From a virus, in IMG/VR virus record IMGVR_UViG_3300034101_003554, positions 1-64,000 of that record: 64,000 nt of DNA, one strand, 5' to 3'. The translations under genes and the position numbers were made by a program. Positions 31,792-42,233 of the stretch are shown here, one piece after another (the stretch's first letter is position 1; each line of letters opens with the position of its first letter). The notes beneath the pieces were generated by a model. The model was not told the DNA's origin. It searched no databases and was given only the letters and a program-made list of their open reading frames with translations.

Positions 31792-32325
31792 TTATTCTCC
31801 CTTAACCAAGGCCAAACATCTTTTAAGATATTCTTTTGCTCTTGGTGAAGGTGTGTATTCGTCATCTTTTGTTTGGAGATTTAATACTCTTTCAATGTCT
31901 TTAACAAGTTCAGTTCCATGTTCATTTTCTTTATACAATTCAATTATCTTGTCCATAGCTTTATTACATTGATTTGATGTTTCATCGTAATAGTTTTTAT
32001 TTCTGAACTTATTTAAATGGTGCATCATATTATAAGCTAAATGAGAACCTCCATCTTTAACATCTTTGAATAATCTAATATTATTAAGAATACCCAAAGT
32101 ATCAACCATTGAGTTTACCCCAAGTTTTCTTTTGTTTACACCTGGTGCGTAGTTATCATATTCATCAGCAGTACCAACAATTTCATCCAATGGAATTACA
32201 TTTTCTGGAACACAACGAGGTGGTGTATCAGTTTTTTCTTTTGAATTTTCATTATTTGAGTTTTCCAATAATTTTTTTCTGATAACTCGTCTAATGTCGG
32301 ATTCGTTTATTATTATTCTTTTCAT
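31792..32325 (-). CDS. Hypothetical protein with IxE leader
   Basis: MKRIIINESDIRRVIRKKLLE. Confidence 0.85.
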   Translation of the reverse strand: MKRIIINESDIRRVIRKKLLENSNNENSKEKTDTPPRCVPENVIPLDEIVGTADEYDNYAPGVNKRKLGVNSMVDTLGILNNIRLFKDVKDGGSHLAYNMMHHLNKFRNKNYYDETSNQCNKAMDKIIELYKENEHGTELVKDIERVLNLQTKDDEYTPSPRAKEYLKRCLALVKGE

Positions 32326-32354
32326 AAATTTTATTTTATAAATATTACAATTAT

Positions 32355-33932
32355 TTAGATTTCAATAATATTATTTACATAACCCCAAGTTTCTCTAGGT
32401 ATTTTTCCTTCTAACTCTGAAAAATGTGCATTATCTCTTAACGCTTCGGTATAAACTTTAAGATAAGGACCACTATTATAACCAGCCAAAGCTAAATCAA
32501 CTCTACCTTTAAATCTATCTAATAAAAAGTCCATAAGTTTAACATAAGCATTTAAAGCATCAGGAACATTACAAGGGTCACCACCTCCACCATATGCACT
32601 CCATGCTGATGGTATAAATTGTGAAAGACCCATTGCACCAGCGGGTGACAATGTTTCACAACTAATAACATCGGGTCTAAAAAATATAGATTCAACAGCT
32701 AATTGTTGTACAGCAATTTCAGGGTCTAAACCAATTGACCTAACATCACTGGCAAAGTCATCATAACTTACATCATTTTTTTCTAATAATGATTTAAACT
32801 TTGATAATAAAGATGGAGTTAACTTTGAATTACCCATTAATTCTTCAAAAGTATCAACATCTTCTGGAGTATATATTTGTGTTTTTTCTAATTGTACATC
32901 AGCGAACATTTCATCAGGTATTTTTTTACTAGACAAAACATCAATTAGCTTATTTTTTGTTCTTTCATCAAAAATACCATCATCAGGTAAACCATATTTT
33001 TCTTTAAATTTTTTAACGGCCATTTCAGTTTCTTCACCAAACTTACCATCAACACCATAAACAGGTAAACTAAGTCCTAATAATTGTAGCCCTAATTGAA
33101 GGAATTTAACAATTGGGGTTTCTATTATTTCACCAGTAAATTCTAATCTAGTTTCTTCGGTTAATCGTTTTTTAAACGAACTCTCATTTAAATTTTTAAG
33201 TGAAGATATTAATTGTTTTTTTAATTTTTCTTGTGGTCCAAAAATAAACTCAGAAGGATTTTCAATAAATTTTTTCAATTTAGTAAAAAATGAATCTTCA
33301 GTTTTTGGACTTTCTTTAGATTGGTCTATATACTTCTCAACATGATTAGCCATTAATTTGTGAGCCCAAGCGTGTGGATGTGTACTATCAGATGTCCATG
33401 AATTATCACCTACAATTTTAGGAATAATAACCGCATTTGTTAGATTTTTTAAATATTTTTGAAACTCAATCATTTTTTCACGTTTCTCAACCATACATTC
33501 TGCGTCACAATATATTGTTGGTACTAATTTTTTTGGCATAACACTTTCAGCATCATAACCAATAAAAACATATGGTGTCCCATCGGATTCGTTAACCATA
33601 TTAATCATTGTTTGAATATTACTAAATGCTCTTTCTTTTGATATGTTTGAAAACATATCATTAGTACCCCCATATATAAAAACTTTATCATATGTGTTAT
33701 TTGTTAATTCATTTTCCAATTCATCTAACATCCAATCGGTTCTTGTACCACCCTTTACAATATGTTTTACATTCCAATTTGGATGATTTTTTTCAATTAA
33801 ATAATTCCAAGTCCATCCAGGACCAGCACTTAAACTATCCCCAATGAATAATACATTAATTTCATCATCTTCAGATTCAGAAATTATGGCAATTATTTTT
33901 TTTAATTGCGATTCTTTTATTATAATTTTCAT
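32355..33932 (-). CDS. IxE leader plus SGNH esterase, peptidoglycan-binding domain and SLT lytic transglycosylase
   Basis: FIGDSLS/GGTND/DSTHP; GVDGKFGEET; AVES..SPAGAMGLSQF..ALAGYNSG..ETWGYV. Confidence 0.85.
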   Translation of the reverse strand: MKIIIKESQLKKIIAIISESEDDEINVLFIGDSLSAGPGWTWNYLIEKNHPNWNVKHIVKGGTRTDWMLDELENELTNNTYDKVFIYGGTNDMFSNISKERAFSNIQTMINMVNESDGTPYVFIGYDAESVMPKKLVPTIYCDAECMVEKREKMIEFQKYLKNLTNAVIIPKIVGDNSWTSDSTHPHAWAHKLMANHVEKYIDQSKESPKTEDSFFTKLKKFIENPSEFIFGPQEKLKKQLISSLKNLNESSFKKRLTEETRLEFTGEIIETPIVKFLQLGLQLLGLSLPVYGVDGKFGEETEMAVKKFKEKYGLPDDGIFDERTKNKLIDVLSSKKIPDEMFADVQLEKTQIYTPEDVDTFEELMGNSKLTPSLLSKFKSLLEKNDVSYDDFASDVRSIGLDPEIAVQQLAVESIFFRPDVISCETLSPAGAMGLSQFIPSAWSAYGGGGDPCNVPDALNAYVKLMDFLLDRFKGRVDLALAGYNSGPYLKVYTEALRDNAHFSELEGKIPRETWGYVNNIIEI

Positions 33933-34005
33933 AATATTATTTTTATTTTATAAATATAATTGTAAATAAAAAAACCCCATATATAAATGAGGTTTTTGTC
34001 AGTCT

Positions 34006-34194
34006 TTAATCTTTATTTTTTTCATTTGGTATAATAGTATTCATCCAAATATCAAAAATTAGGAAATATATCCACCAATTTAACATTGATAGTGGGTAGG
34101 CTTCAGGATTATAAGAAGTCATAAAAAGTAAATAAGAAACTTTAATAAGAATATAGATTTGTATAATCGTGTGAAAAAACGAATAAAATTTCAT
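34006..34194 (-). CDS. Small membrane protein
   Basis: 62 aa hydrophobic ORF. Confidence 0.55.
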   Translation of the reverse strand: MKFYSFFHTIIQIYILIKVSYLLFMTSYNPEAYPLSMLNWWIYFLIFDIWMNTIIPNEKNKD

Positions 34195-34266
34195 AATAGT
34201 TATTTAATTGTTTGATGGTTAATATATGATTATAAAAGTAAGAATATTTATCTAAAAAAACAAATT

Positions 34267-34893
34267 ATGAGAAATAGTTTAGACAATCTAATAAAAAAAG
34301 TTTTGAGGGAATCTCTTAACCCCCCAATGAGATTAACAGAACCTTGTATGATATCTGAAGATTTAAAATATCACTTGGAAAACAGAATATCATTAAATGA
34401 AAATATCTTTAGAATATATTCTGACAAATATTTTAAATTAATCAATGAAGTTAGAAATTTATATTATCAAGGTAATATTAGATTAAACGAAGATGATATT
34501 TGGTTGGTTGAATCTGATTTGGGTAAAAAGGTATTATTAGAAAATGGTGATGAAGTATGGTTAGATGCCCCAATGTTTGAAGAGGAAGTTGAGGAGTTAT
34601 TATTTGAAGCGAAACATCGTGGAAAGAATGTTAAATTAAACTCCCCATTTAGAACACCAGGAAGTCCTAAAAAATTTGCTGTTTATGTAAAAACACCAAA
34701 AGGGACAATTAAAAAAGTAACATTTGGAGACCCAAATCTTAAAGTGAGAAATAGAAATCCAAAAGCAGCAAAATCATTTAGAGCAAGACATAATTGTGCC
34801 CAAAAGAAAGACAGAACAATGGCCGGGTACTGGAGTTGCAATGTTGGGAGGCATGCCAAAAAATTGGGATTAAAATCTAGTGCTAATTGGTAA
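34267..34893 (+). CDS. Phage protein with leader and basic C-terminal domain
   Basis: KKFAVYV..KKVTFGD..SFRARHNC..AGYWSC. Confidence 0.8.
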   Translation: MRNSLDNLIKKVLRESLNPPMRLTEPCMISEDLKYHLENRISLNENIFRIYSDKYFKLINEVRNLYYQGNIRLNEDDIWLVESDLGKKVLLENGDEVWLDAPMFEEEVEELLFEAKHRGKNVKLNSPFRTPGSPKKFAVYVKTPKGTIKKVTFGDPNLKVRNRNPKAAKSFRARHNCAQKKDRTMAGYWSCNVGRHAKKLGLKSSANW

Positions 34894-35162
34894 TGAAAAA
34901 TTTACCCTTTCAACAAGAAATAATTGATGACATTAGAATCAGAACATTTGATGAAAATGTTGATGATGAAGAATTAAAATGGCATAGAGATAGAGAAAAT
35001 AGACTTGTTGAAATCTTAGAAAGTGATAATTGGTATTTACAAATGGATAATGAACTTCCCATCAAATTAATTGTTGGGGAGAAATATTTTATCCCAGAGG
35101 GTGTTTATCATCGTGTTATTAAAGGAAAAAGTAATTTGAAAGTCAAAATTAATATGCACTAA
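34893..35162 (+). CDS. Small cupin-like protein
   Basis: WHRDRE ... FIPEGVYHRVIKG. Confidence 0.7.
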   Translation: MKNLPFQQEIIDDIRIRTFDENVDDEELKWHRDRENRLVEILESDNWYLQMDNELPIKLIVGEKYFIPEGVYHRVIKGKSNLKVKINMH

Positions 35163-35973
35163 TTTTACCAAAACTATGTTTTAATTCAGGTTTACTTTTT
35201 TCTTGAACTAAAAATACATCACCTTCTTCCATTTCTTTATAATTTGGATGGTCATAGTCCTCAGAAAGATAATCAGAATCTTGAATTACTAAAAACTTTT
35301 TTCTACTCATCAATCGGTTATAAAATTCTGGGGAAATAACATCATCTGGCACCATATTTTCAAATTTTTTAGTAAAATTAATATCGTAAGATAGATATCT
35401 AGTCATTTTAACTAAAGTTTCATTAACTGCTTTAATCTCTCCCTTACCATCACATATTTCACATTCTAAATCACCATCACCTCCACAATCAGAACAAGTT
35501 TCACTACCTCGTCCATAACAATTACTACATTTTACTTCCCCGCCACCTTCACAATCATAACAATCGTCCCCATCACTATCAACACCATCACCATCACAGA
35601 CATCACATTCTACTCTACCATCACCACCACATTCAGAACAATCTACTTCTCCATCGCCATGACATTTTATACAACCTACATTACCACCACCATCACATTC
35701 ATAACATTCTTTATTTGGATTAAAACTTAAAATTTCTCCAATAGTAAATCTAGAGTAGTTATTACTAATAAAGTCATATAATTTAGATAAATCGACTGAA
35801 AATCTTTGTTCATAAGTTAAAAAACAAAATAACATTACGTCTTTACCATTCATAACATCTAAAAGATTCTGATCAACATAGTCACTTAAATTTATATAAA
35901 TTTCTTGAGGGGAATCGTAATTGTCAAAATAGTCTACATCTTCAACAATTTTAATTAAGGTTTTCTTATTCAT
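35149..35973 (-). CDS. DnaJ-type CxxCxGxG zinc-finger repeat protein (no J domain seen)
   Basis: Eight CxxCxGxG repeats. Confidence 0.8.
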   Translation of the reverse strand: MNKKTLIKIVEDVDYFDNYDSPQEIYINLSDYVDQNLLDVMNGKDVMLFCFLTYEQRFSVDLSKLYDFISNNYSRFTIGEILSFNPNKECYECDGGGNVGCIKCHGDGEVDCSECGGDGRVECDVCDGDGVDSDGDDCYDCEGGGEVKCSNCYGRGSETCSDCGGDGDLECEICDGKGEIKAVNETLVKMTRYLSYDINFTKKFENMVPDDVISPEFYNRLMSRKKFLVIQDSDYLSEDYDHPNYKEMEEGDVFLVQEKSKPELKHSFGKISAY

Positions 35974-35974
35974 A

Positions 35975-37000
35975 TTATTTATAATACCTTTTTAAGGCAT
36001 TCTCCGTAATAAATATATATTCAGTATCTTTAAATTCTTCTAAATTCTTTGAGTTAGTATATGACATTGCAGATTTAAGATAATCTTGTAGATTCTCAAG
36101 CCATTTATCCAAGGTATATTCAACTTTATTATATTTTGATATACCTTCAGATGTTATTAGTTTATCTCTACCCCATTTTTTTTGTACTTCTTTTGTACTC
36201 ATACCTCTAAATTTTTTATACATATATTTTCTAAGGTATGGTAAGTTATTCCAAATATAAGTTGATGTTGAATCATTTAATTTAATCCATTTATTGAAAT
36301 AAATTGGGGAACAAGATTCAAGACATTTGTTTAATACTCCACCTAACATAATATAATCAGCACCAAGGGCTAATGCTTTAATTATATCGTCATAATTTCT
36401 AAATCCACCATCAGCAACAATATTGGTTTTATAACCTCTTTTCTTTTTAATTTGACAACATTCTGAAATTAGAGAAGCCATAGGGTAATGAACACCAGTA
36501 TTAGCAGATGTTAGACACCCTGAACCACCACCAATACCAACACGAATATAATCAACACCAAGTTCAGCAAATTTCTCGTATGTTGTTGGATTGGCAATAT
36601 TACCAATCATTAATTCTTGGTCTGTTTTGATATTTTCAATGAAGTATTTACATAAGTCATATAATTTTGACATATGACCATTTGCGATATCAACAAGAAT
36701 TTTTTGATATATTGGTACTTTCTCAAATTTTTGATGTTTCAATACCATTAGTTCAAAATCATATAATGATATTGATGTAAAAACATTATTATCACTTGAA
36801 TATTCCCCTCTTGGTAAACAAACTTCTAAATTGTTACTTAAAAACTTTTTATAATTTGAATTATCTACCACAGTATCCATTGGACTTACTATAATGGGTA
36901 GGGTGACATTTTCGGTTAAAATGTTAATTTCACTTCTTGAATCAATATTTGTAATTGTTTCTGGAACTAAGGTGATGTCTTTAAAATCAAATTTCTGCAT
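35975..37000 (-). CDS. IMP dehydrogenase / GMP reductase family protein
   Basis: SPMDTV, VDIANGH, RVGIGGGSGCLT, VADGG, FRGMS. Confidence 0.9.
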   Translation of the reverse strand: MQKFDFKDITLVPETITNIDSRSEINILTENVTLPIIVSPMDTVVDNSNYKKFLSNNLEVCLPRGEYSSDNNVFTSISLYDFELMVLKHQKFEKVPIYQKILVDIANGHMSKLYDLCKYFIENIKTDQELMIGNIANPTTYEKFAELGVDYIRVGIGGGSGCLTSANTGVHYPMASLISECCQIKKKRGYKTNIVADGGFRNYDDIIKALALGADYIMLGGVLNKCLESCSPIYFNKWIKLNDSTSTYIWNNLPYLRKYMYKKFRGMSTKEVQKKWGRDKLITSEGISKYNKVEYTLDKWLENLQDYLKSAMSYTNSKNLEEFKDTEYIFITENALKRYYK

Positions 37001-37054
37001 ATGTAATTTATATTTGTTTAGCTAAAACATAAATCAATAATTTAAGAAATTCAA

Positions 37055-37681
37055 TTATTTACCTTTAAATCTTCTAACCATTTTTGTAATTAAATCTTTG
37101 AAAAGAATACCTGATATAGTTAAACCAGTAAAAGCAATAACTCTTGTTGCCAAATTTTTTAAATCACTATTTGTTACTAATCCATCAGTTACCATTTGAT
37201 ATATCATTGGGATGATTGGTATTATAAAGGTATAACTCAACATATTTGTTATTCTATGGAATGTGACACCCAAACTTTCAACAAAATCAGAAAAAACTGA
37301 TTTTAATTCGTTTGTTTTTTTTGATGATATTTTAAATTGTTTTAAAATACCATCTTCCTTTATTTTATCTAATATTTTATTGTTAAGTTCTTTATTTTCA
37401 ATTAAATGTGTTGATATGACACCAAGAATAATAAGAAATACTTGTAAATCGGTTAATTCTGGGAATCTACCTCTTACGAAATCTTCAACAGGACCCATAA
37501 ATCCACCAATACCTGCCCCCCAAGTTAAAAGAAATTGAAGATTCATTCCAATTTGAGTTTGAACTTCTGAAATCAATTTTTTTACTCTTTCAGCATTTTG
37601 TTTGATAATACTTCCAAGGTCTTCACCTATGTTTTCAAGTAATATCATTCTTTTTTGACTTTCTGTAATTATAATTCTCAT
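37055..37681 (-). CDS. Membrane-associated protein with IxE leader
   Basis: MRIIITESQKRMILLE plus hydrophobic segments. Confidence 0.8.
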   Translation of the reverse strand: MRIIITESQKRMILLENIGEDLGSIIKQNAERVKKLISEVQTQIGMNLQFLLTWGAGIGGFMGPVEDFVRGRFPELTDLQVFLIILGVISTHLIENKELNNKILDKIKEDGILKQFKISSKKTNELKSVFSDFVESLGVTFHRITNMLSYTFIIPIIPMIYQMVTDGLVTNSDLKNLATRVIAFTGLTISGILFKDLITKMVRRFKGK

Positions 37682-37729
37682 ATCAATAAATATTTAAATA
37701 AATACATAATATTTATAAATAAAAAGAAC

Positions 37730-38230
37730 ATGAACGCATATTTTTTTAAAATGAACAAAGCGGAAAGGAATGACATTCTTGACCAACACAGACAAGTCTA
37801 TGATGGATTTGTTACAACATATGGACAACAAATAAATCAACAACCACTTTATGTCCAAGATTATGCAAATGATAAAGGTGGGATAACTGTTAATAATAAA
37901 GGTGAAGTTAAATCATATACCAATATGAGAATAAATGAAATGAGATATGATGGTAAAAGTACTGGATTATTTTCTGAGGAGGAAGATGATTATACTTATA
38001 TGACACCAACACAAAAAGATTTTACTGGTCAAGATATGATTGGAGATGGTGATGATGATGATTTGGATAAACCTTATTTTATGGAAATGGAAGAAGATGA
38101 TGACTATTTTGAAGAATATGAGGGTGACATTGATTTAAGTGATGAGGATGTTGATGATGACATAATAGAACCACTTCAAGAACAAGTTAATAAAACTTTG
38201 GATATGTTTAAACGATTTAAAAATTATTAA
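37730..38230 (+). CDS. Acidic hypothetical protein
   Basis: ATG start MNAYFF after the TATTTATA motif. Confidence 0.75.
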   Translation: MNAYFFKMNKAERNDILDQHRQVYDGFVTTYGQQINQQPLYVQDYANDKGGITVNNKGEVKSYTNMRINEMRYDGKSTGLFSEEEDDYTYMTPTQKDFTGQDMIGDGDDDDLDKPYFMEMEEDDDYFEEYEGDIDLSDEDVDDDIIEPLQEQVNKTLDMFKRFKNY

Positions 38231-38232
38231 AA

Positions 38233-38526
38233 ATGGAAATTATTGAAATTATAACATTTCATATTAATAAACTAGAAGAAGTTTTAGAAGTTACATTTAG
38301 AACTAATTCAGATAGTGAAGAAGAGTGTAGAGAAGCTGAAATCCCATTTATTGAAATCGATGATTTTGGGTATAATTTTCATACAGATATAGATGAATTT
38401 AATTCAAGTGATGATTATGAAGACATTGATGATGATTTGTTCATTGACGAAAATGAAATATTATCATTTCTTAATGAATATTATGTTTTATTTATGGATA
38501 AATTACCAAAACCAGAATTACTATAA
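38233..38526 (+). CDS. Acidic hypothetical protein
   Basis: 97 aa ORF. Confidence 0.75.
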   Translation: MEIIEIITFHINKLEEVLEVTFRTNSDSEEECREAEIPFIEIDDFGYNFHTDIDEFNSSDDYEDIDDDLFIDENEILSFLNEYYVLFMDKLPKPELL

Positions 38527-38774
38527 TGGAAAATTACGAAATTGACAAAATAATTAGTTTAATGAAAAGATACACCCCCAAAAAAGATATTGATGGTGAA
38601 CTTGATGAACAAGATGCCGCACCAGCCGCTAGTGGTGGAGGGACTAAACCTGTTTATCCTACAGTAACAAAATGGGAGTCAGGTGTAACTAGAGGACCTG
38701 CAAATCAAATTGGAAATACTAAATGGAGAGATATTGTAAAAGTAACTAGAGGTAAAGCAAATACTTTGTTATAA
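38526..38774 (+). CDS. Hypothetical protein with repeated TRGxAN motif
   Basis: KWESGVTRGPANQ / KWRDIVKVTRGKAN. Confidence 0.75.
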   Translation: MENYEIDKIISLMKRYTPKKDIDGELDEQDAAPAASGGGTKPVYPTVTKWESGVTRGPANQIGNTKWRDIVKVTRGKANTLL

Positions 38775-38803
38775 ACAATATATTTATTAAATAAAAAAAC
38801 ATT

Positions 38804-39451
38804 ATGGACAATAATTTAAAAAGTTTAATATCTGAAAAACTTAATAGAACAAAAAAAACAATACTAAGAGAAAGGACTGAAGTTAAATATAGATTCAAAA
38901 TAATTAAAGAATTGAATAAAAATAAATCAAAAGAAAAATTGATTGATGATATTATAACTGAAATGTTCTATCTAAATTCAAATGGATATAAAAAAAGTGT
39001 TATTTCTGAAAATATAATTGATTGGTTTAAAAATTTATTAGGGTTTGGTGATAACACTATGATTGAACCGGTTATTGACACATTTAAAGAATCTCTTTTA
39101 GGATATCTTATCAAAATAATTACACCTGGGTCAACAAATAGTTATTTAGCTAATATTGTTAAAACTGGTTTAGCGGATATTGATATGAGTGATTTAAGTA
39201 AATTAACAGATTGTGAGTTTTTATCTGACACAATAACTAAAGCTATAGTTGAAGGAACGGTTAATAAATTGAAAAATAATGCTGGTATGACTGGTGGTAT
39301 TTATGATGTTGTTAGAAATGGATTAGTTGACCAATTAGATAATATGGAATTTGCAAAAAATATCAAAGAAGGTATTAATAACTTTATCTGTGATGCGATT
39401 GTTGATAAAATATCTTTATTAAAAGATAAAATTGAGGACATTACTGGATAA
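38804..39451 (+). CDS. Hypothetical protein
   Basis: 215 aa, ISE motifs. Confidence 0.8.
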   Translation: MDNNLKSLISEKLNRTKKTILRERTEVKYRFKIIKELNKNKSKEKLIDDIITEMFYLNSNGYKKSVISENIIDWFKNLLGFGDNTMIEPVIDTFKESLLGYLIKIITPGSTNSYLANIVKTGLADIDMSDLSKLTDCEFLSDTITKAIVEGTVNKLKNNAGMTGGIYDVVRNGLVDQLDNMEFAKNIKEGINNFICDAIVDKISLLKDKIEDITG

Positions 39452-39525
39452 TGTAAAGAAACCTGTAAGGTAGTGCTTACATGGGATAAACTCGACTAAA
39501 AGAAAGGGAGGTATCCAACATCTAC

Positions 39526-39551
39526 CAAAAGGACGTGAAAACGTCCTTTTG
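39526..39551. terminator. Bidirectional terminator
   Basis: caaaaggacgt-gaaa-acgtccttttg between convergent genes. Confidence 0.8.
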
Positions 39552-39555
39552 TGTT

Positions 39556-40047
39556 TTAGTAGATATCGTTTTTAAATTCATTCCAAACTTGACCAACTGA
39601 TGAATTTAATATCTCTGAGAATATTGTTGGTTCGTAAGGTCTAGTATTTAATTTCATATTTGCTTCTTCAGGAGTTCTATCTCCTTTCAATCTATTACAA
39701 CTTGAACAACAAGTAATCAAATTCATCCAAGTGTTTTGTCCTCCTTTTGATTTGGGTATAATGTGATCAATTGTTAAATTTTTCTTACTACCACAATAAG
39801 TACATTCATTATTATCTCTTTTGTAAATTCTTTGTCTATTGATTCTTAATTTGTTGACTCTGAACTTAACAAAATTTAATAATCTAATTATTAATGGTCG
39901 TACAAACTGATTAACCCCAGATAAAATTGGTTTATCACTTGCTTTAATAACTTCAGCCTTACCTTTATTAACCAAGATAAATCCTTTATATACAGATGTT
40001 ACATTTATTGGGGTGAAATCCGCATTTAATACTAATACTTTTTCCAT
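39556..40047 (-). CDS. HNH endonuclease (McrA-like)
   Basis: RDNNECTYCG..LTIDHIIPKSKGG..WMNLITCCSSCNRLKG. Confidence 0.9.
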   Translation of the reverse strand: MEKVLVLNADFTPINVTSVYKGFILVNKGKAEVIKASDKPILSGVNQFVRPLIIRLLNFVKFRVNKLRINRQRIYKRDNNECTYCGSKKNLTIDHIIPKSKGGQNTWMNLITCCSSCNRLKGDRTPEEANMKLNTRPYEPTIFSEILNSSVGQVWNEFKNDIY

Positions 40048-40143
40048 ATTTGTTTTGTTGATTATACATTTCAATCAAATCTAAATACTCTTTTACATAT
40101 TATCAAATAAGAAAAAATATTTTATTCATTTTTGAATGAAAAA

Positions 40144-40175
40144 TTTGTTTGTTTGAACCTTAAAATATATCTTTG
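40144..40175 (+). promoter_or_regulatory. Bacteroidota-type primary sigma promoter
   Basis: TTTG-N20-TATCTTTG. Confidence 0.65.
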
Positions 40176-40191
40176 TGTAAAATTAATCCCA

Positions 40192-40569
40192 ATGAAACAG
40201 AAAACACTTGATGCCATAAAATCAAATATTGAAACTGATGGTTTAATCAACACATCAGAACAATTTGGACTTAGTGTCAATAAATTAATTGAACTTTGTG
40301 ATTTACATTACAAAACATTTGAGGATATTGATTTCCAGCCTAATTGGGCAGGAGGTGTTGCTGGTAAAATTATGTTTGAAAATGGGTATGGTGCTTCGGT
40401 AATTCGTAATGAACAATCATATGGTGGTCATATAGGTTTATATGAATTGGCCGTACTTGACAATTATGGTAAATTAACTTATGATACCCCAATTACTGAT
40501 GATGTTCTTGGATATCTAAAACCAGAAGAAGTAACAAATTATTTAATTCAAATACAAGATTTAAAATGA
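40192..40569 (+). CDS. Hypothetical phage protein
   Basis: FENGYGASV...GLYELAVL...DDVLGYL. Confidence 0.8.
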   Translation: MKQKTLDAIKSNIETDGLINTSEQFGLSVNKLIELCDLHYKTFEDIDFQPNWAGGVAGKIMFENGYGASVIRNEQSYGGHIGLYELAVLDNYGKLTYDTPITDDVLGYLKPEEVTNYLIQIQDLK

Positions 40570-40757
40570 AAAATTTAAAGTTAAACCAAGATGAATTTGT
40601 GTTATTAACCTCTCATTCTATGATGTTAAGAAATCATTTTATTGATGAGATGAACAAATCACAACACGAGGAGGTCAAAAATTATTATCAAAAAGAAATT
40701 GACAATATCAATAAACTTTTTGATATTTTGAATGAAAAATTTAAAACAAATATTTAA
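40566..40757 (+). CDS. Hypothetical protein
   Basis: 63 aa coupled ORF. Confidence 0.65.
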   Translation: MKNLKLNQDEFVLLTSHSMMLRNHFIDEMNKSQHEEVKNYYQKEIDNINKLFDILNEKFKTNI

Positions 40758-40822
40758 AATTTCACTTGACAAACCAAAGTATATATTTTATACTTTCAAA
40801 ACAAATTCAAAAACAGAATATT

Positions 40823-42226
40823 ATGAACTTCTTAGACGCATTACAGACAGAAGATACTTTAACTGAAAATGGTATGGTTACAAATTCATCAACTCTTAAC
40901 GAGTGTGTGAATCTATTCTTTACTATTGGAGCAATGAGAGGACAAGACAAAGAAAGATTGTTAAGTCTATTCTCAAAGGCTTTCATTGAGAGTCCTAAAA
41001 CTGCATTGCGTATATTATTTTGGGCAAGAGATGTTCGTGGTGGTGCTGGTGAAAGACAAATATTCCGTGATATAATCCAACTCTTAGCAGAGGTGGCACC
41101 AAAAGTATTGGCAAAGAATATTAAATTCATCCCTGAATTCGGTCGTTGGGACGATCTTACAGTCCTATTCAACACAAAAGTGAATGACGATGCGATTGAC
41201 ACAATAGTACAAGGTTTAGAAGCCAAAAATGGACTATGTGCAAAGTGGATGCCAAGAAAAGGAGTTATTTTTAACTCAATCAGGAAGGTTATGGGTCTTA
41301 CACCAAAATCATTACGTAAAACTTTGGTTGTTCTTTCCAAAACGGTCGAGCAAAAGATGTGTGCTAACGAGTGGACAAATATTGAATACTCAAAAGTACC
41401 ATCTTTGGCTATGGCTCGATACACCAAAGCGTTCTCTAAACACAATTTAATTGGTTTTGGAGAATACTTGGAATCATTGAAAAAAGGTGAGACCAAAGTA
41501 AATGCTGGGGCTGTATATCCATATGATGTTATTAAAACCTTGGAACAAGGTGTCAAAGATTTGGCAATAGAACAATGGAAAGCTCTCCCCAACTTTATGG
41601 AAGGAAGTACTGAAAGAATTTTACCAGTAGTTGATGTATCAGGTTCAATGATTAATTTAGCCGGTAACAATAGTAATCTAACTTGTTTGGATGTCGCAGT
41701 ATCATTGGGATTATATATTTCAGAAAGAAATGAAGGTTCTTTTAAAGACTCTTTCATTACATTCTCTGAGAGACCGCAATTACAAAAGTTGAGAGGTAAT
41801 CTATATGATAGATACACACAACTACGTGTAGCTGAATGGGGTATGAGTACAAACTTGGAGTCTGTGTTCAAATTGATTTTAAACCAATCAATTAAACACA
41901 ATGTACCTCAAAGTGAGATGCCGACTAAAATCCTTATCTTATCAGATATGGAATTTAATCAAGCAACTGGTCGTAATAATTCCGCAATTCAAATGATTCG
42001 TGAAGAATATGAGAATAGTGGATATCAACTACCTGGTATTATCTTTTGGAACATACAATCGAGAGGAGATAACTTCCCTGTTCGTTTTGATGAAAGTGGG
42101 ACAGCGTTAATATCTGGTTTTAGTCCTTCAATCTTGAAGTCAATTCTTGGTGGAAAAGAACTATCACCAGTATTAATTATGACCGAAACCATTGAGTCCG
42201 AAAGATACAAGATGATAGAAGTTTAA
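40823..42226 (+). CDS. DUF2828-type TROVE/Ro60-like helical domain plus vWA protein
   Basis: TENG, RDVRGGAGER, FGRWDDL, CAKWMPR; vWA MIDAS-like DVSGSM, STN, SDMEF, FWN. Confidence 0.85.
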   Translation: MNFLDALQTEDTLTENGMVTNSSTLNECVNLFFTIGAMRGQDKERLLSLFSKAFIESPKTALRILFWARDVRGGAGERQIFRDIIQLLAEVAPKVLAKNIKFIPEFGRWDDLTVLFNTKVNDDAIDTIVQGLEAKNGLCAKWMPRKGVIFNSIRKVMGLTPKSLRKTLVVLSKTVEQKMCANEWTNIEYSKVPSLAMARYTKAFSKHNLIGFGEYLESLKKGETKVNAGAVYPYDVIKTLEQGVKDLAIEQWKALPNFMEGSTERILPVVDVSGSMINLAGNNSNLTCLDVAVSLGLYISERNEGSFKDSFITFSERPQLQKLRGNLYDRYTQLRVAEWGMSTNLESVFKLILNQSIKHNVPQSEMPTKILILSDMEFNQATGRNNSAIQMIREEYENSGYQLPGIIFWNIQSRGDNFPVRFDESGTALISGFSPSILKSILGGKELSPVLIMTETIESERYKMIEV

Positions 42227-42233
42227 AAAAAAT

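Noticed and set aside
40807-41901. 364-aa minus-strand ORF
   Set aside because: Antisense shadow of the DUF2828/vWA gene with no recognisable motifs
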